Sequence record: EF517063.1 | Source: a phage | Strand: one strand, 5' to 3' | DNA: 499 nt | Program-made: the position numbers and the translations under genes | Notes under the pieces: generated by a model | Database searches by the model: none | The model's input: the letters and a program-made list of their open reading frames with translations, nothing else | Told to the model about the DNA's origin: nothing | Shown here: piece by piece, positions 1-499 of the stretch | How positions within the stretch are numbered: the stretch's first letter is position 1 | How the letters are laid out: each line of letters starts with the position of its first letter

Positions 1-2
1 TT

Positions 3-239
3 CAGGCAATCTTAGAGAAAGATATGCTGCATCTATGTAAGCAGGTCGGCTCAGGTGCGATTGTCCCCAATGGTAAACAGAAGGAAATGATTGTCTAGTT
101 TCTGACACACGGTATGGAAGGATTGATGACATTCGTAGTACGTACATCATTTCGTGAGGCCATTAAGGACATGCACGAAGAGTATGCAGATAAGGACTCT
201 TTCAAACAATCTCCTGCAACAGTACAAGAGGTGTTCTGA
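3..239 (+). CDS. 5.5: T7-like gene 5.5 protein (H-NS-binding host-takeover protein); 5' end lies outside the window; frame interrupted by an in-frame amber TAG at 96-98 (nonsense allele / possible pseudogene)
   Basis: Frame 3 translates as QAILEKDMLHLCKQVGSGAIVPNGKQKEMIV-[TAG]-FLTHGMEGLMTFVVRTSFREAIKDMHEEYADKDSFKQSPATVQEVF-[TGA 237-239]. I recognise this as T7 gp5.5 from memory. The 78 in-window codons plus about 21 missing N-terminal codons give the expected 99 aa, and L30 falls where the literature places it. The stop overlaps the next gene's ATG (TGATG). It is absent from the ORF track because the TAG splits it into pieces too short to be listed. Confidence 0.8.
96..98 (+). other. 5.5: In-frame amber (TAG) codon at codon 53 of gene 5.5
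   Basis: Read directly: att gtc TAG ttt ctg. The frame is open on both sides, from the window start to 95 and from 99 to the TGA at 237-239. Confidence 0.85.
226..231 (+). promoter_or_regulatory. Ribosome-binding site (Shine-Dalgarno) for gene 5.7
   Basis: AAGAGG sits 7 nt upstream of the ATG at 239, inside the 3' end of gene 5.5. Confidence 0.6.
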
Positions 240-448
240 TGTCTGACTACCTGAAAATGCTGCAAGCAATCAAAAGTTGCCCTAAGACTTTCCAGTCCAA
301 CTATGTACGGAACAATGCGAGCCTCGTAGCGGAGGCCGCTTCCCGTGGTCACATCTCGTGCCTGACTACTAGTGGACGTAACGGTGGCGCTTGGGAAATC
401 ACTGCTTCCGGTACTCGTTTTCTGAAACGAATGGGAGGATGTGTCTAA
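239..448 (+). CDS. 5.7: T7-like gene 5.7 protein, 69 aa (in T7, an inhibitor of sigma-S-containing host RNA polymerase)
   Basis: ORF-track ORF 239..448, MSDYLKMLQAIKSCPKTFQSNYVRNNASLVAEAASRGHISCLTTSGRNGGAWEITASGTRFLKRMGGCV, which I recognise as T7 gp5.7. ATG at 239-241 is preceded by the Shine-Dalgarno-like AAGAGG (226-231). It overlaps the 5.5 stop upstream and its TAA (446-448) overlaps the 5.9 ATG. Confidence 0.9.
   Translation: MSDYLKMLQAIKSCPKTFQSNYVRNNASLVAEAASRGHISCLTTSGRNGGAWEITASGTRFLKRMGGCV
433..439 (+). promoter_or_regulatory. Ribosome-binding site (Shine-Dalgarno) for gene 5.9
   Basis: GGGAGGA, with the GGAGG core at 434-438, lies 9 nt upstream of the ATG at 448, inside the 3' end of gene 5.7. 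Confidence 0.65.
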
Positions 449-499
449 TGTCTTGTGACCTTGTGACTATTCCACACGATGTGTGGAACGATATACAGA
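448..499 (+). CDS. 5.9: T7-like gene 5.9 protein (RecBCD inhibitor, DNA mimic); N-terminal 17 codons only, 3' end outside the window
   Basis: ATG 448-450 overlaps the 5.7 TAA (TAATG) and has GGAGG 9 nt upstream. Translation is MSCDLVTIPHDVWNDIQ..., closely resembling the T7 gp5.9 N-terminus as I recall it (MSRDLVTIPRDVWNDIQ...). The fragment is too short to appear in the ORF track. Confidence 0.75.
   Translation, partial: MSCDLVTIPHDVWNDIQ

Noticed and set aside
96-98. TAG as a reassigned sense codon or programmed readthrough site
   Set aside because: Stop-codon recoding is not known in T7-like phages, and a single TAG in 499 bp is far more simply a nonsense mutation. The neighbouring genes end in TGA and TAA, so the window cannot show whether TAG is used as a stop elsewhere; only whole-genome codon statistics could exclude recoding.
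138-145. 8-bp palindrome GTACGTAC (contains TACGTA), and the ACTAGT hexamer at 368-373
   Set aside because: These are short palindromes within coding sequence at a frequency expected by chance. Nothing suggests operator or protein-binding function.
95-352. 85-aa minus-strand ORF from the six-frame track (GTG start at 350-352)
   Set aside because: It lies entirely antisense to the recognisable 5.5 and 5.7 coding sequences, has no ATG start and no obvious ribosome-binding site, and T7-like phages transcribe all genes from one strand. It is most likely a chance open frame.
1-499. T7-type phage promoter (TAATACGACTCACTATAGGGAGA-like) or RNase III processing hairpin
   Set aside because: No match to the conserved promoter core (CGACTCACTATA) on either strand and no obvious long stem-loop. 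This agrees with the T7 map, where this stretch lies within a transcription unit.
1-499. A novel defence or anti-defence system, CRISPR array, tRNA or mobile element
   Set aside because: The whole window is tiled by three recognisable T7 genes with overlapping boundaries. There is no unassigned space, repeat-spacer structure, tRNA-like fold or terminal inverted repeats.

Overview
This window is the gene 5.5 / 5.7 / 5.9 segment of a T7-like coliphage (Teseptimavirus class II region), with all genes on the + strand. Gene 5.5 (H-NS-binding protein) enters from the left edge and ends at a TGA (237-239) overlapping the gene 5.7 ATG; gene 5.7 (69 aa) occupies 239-448; its TAA overlaps the ATG of gene 5.9 (RecBCD inhibitor), which runs off the right edge. 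The notable feature is an in-frame amber codon (TAG, 96-98) inside the otherwise continuous gene 5.5 frame, 47 codons before its normal stop. This looks like a nonsense allele, not a gene boundary. Several other codons appear to differ from my recollection of the T7 reference by single transitions, but this rests on memory and needs alignment. I see no evidence of a novel system: these are known host-takeover genes. No T7 promoter, RNA gene, CRISPR array or mobile element is visible.
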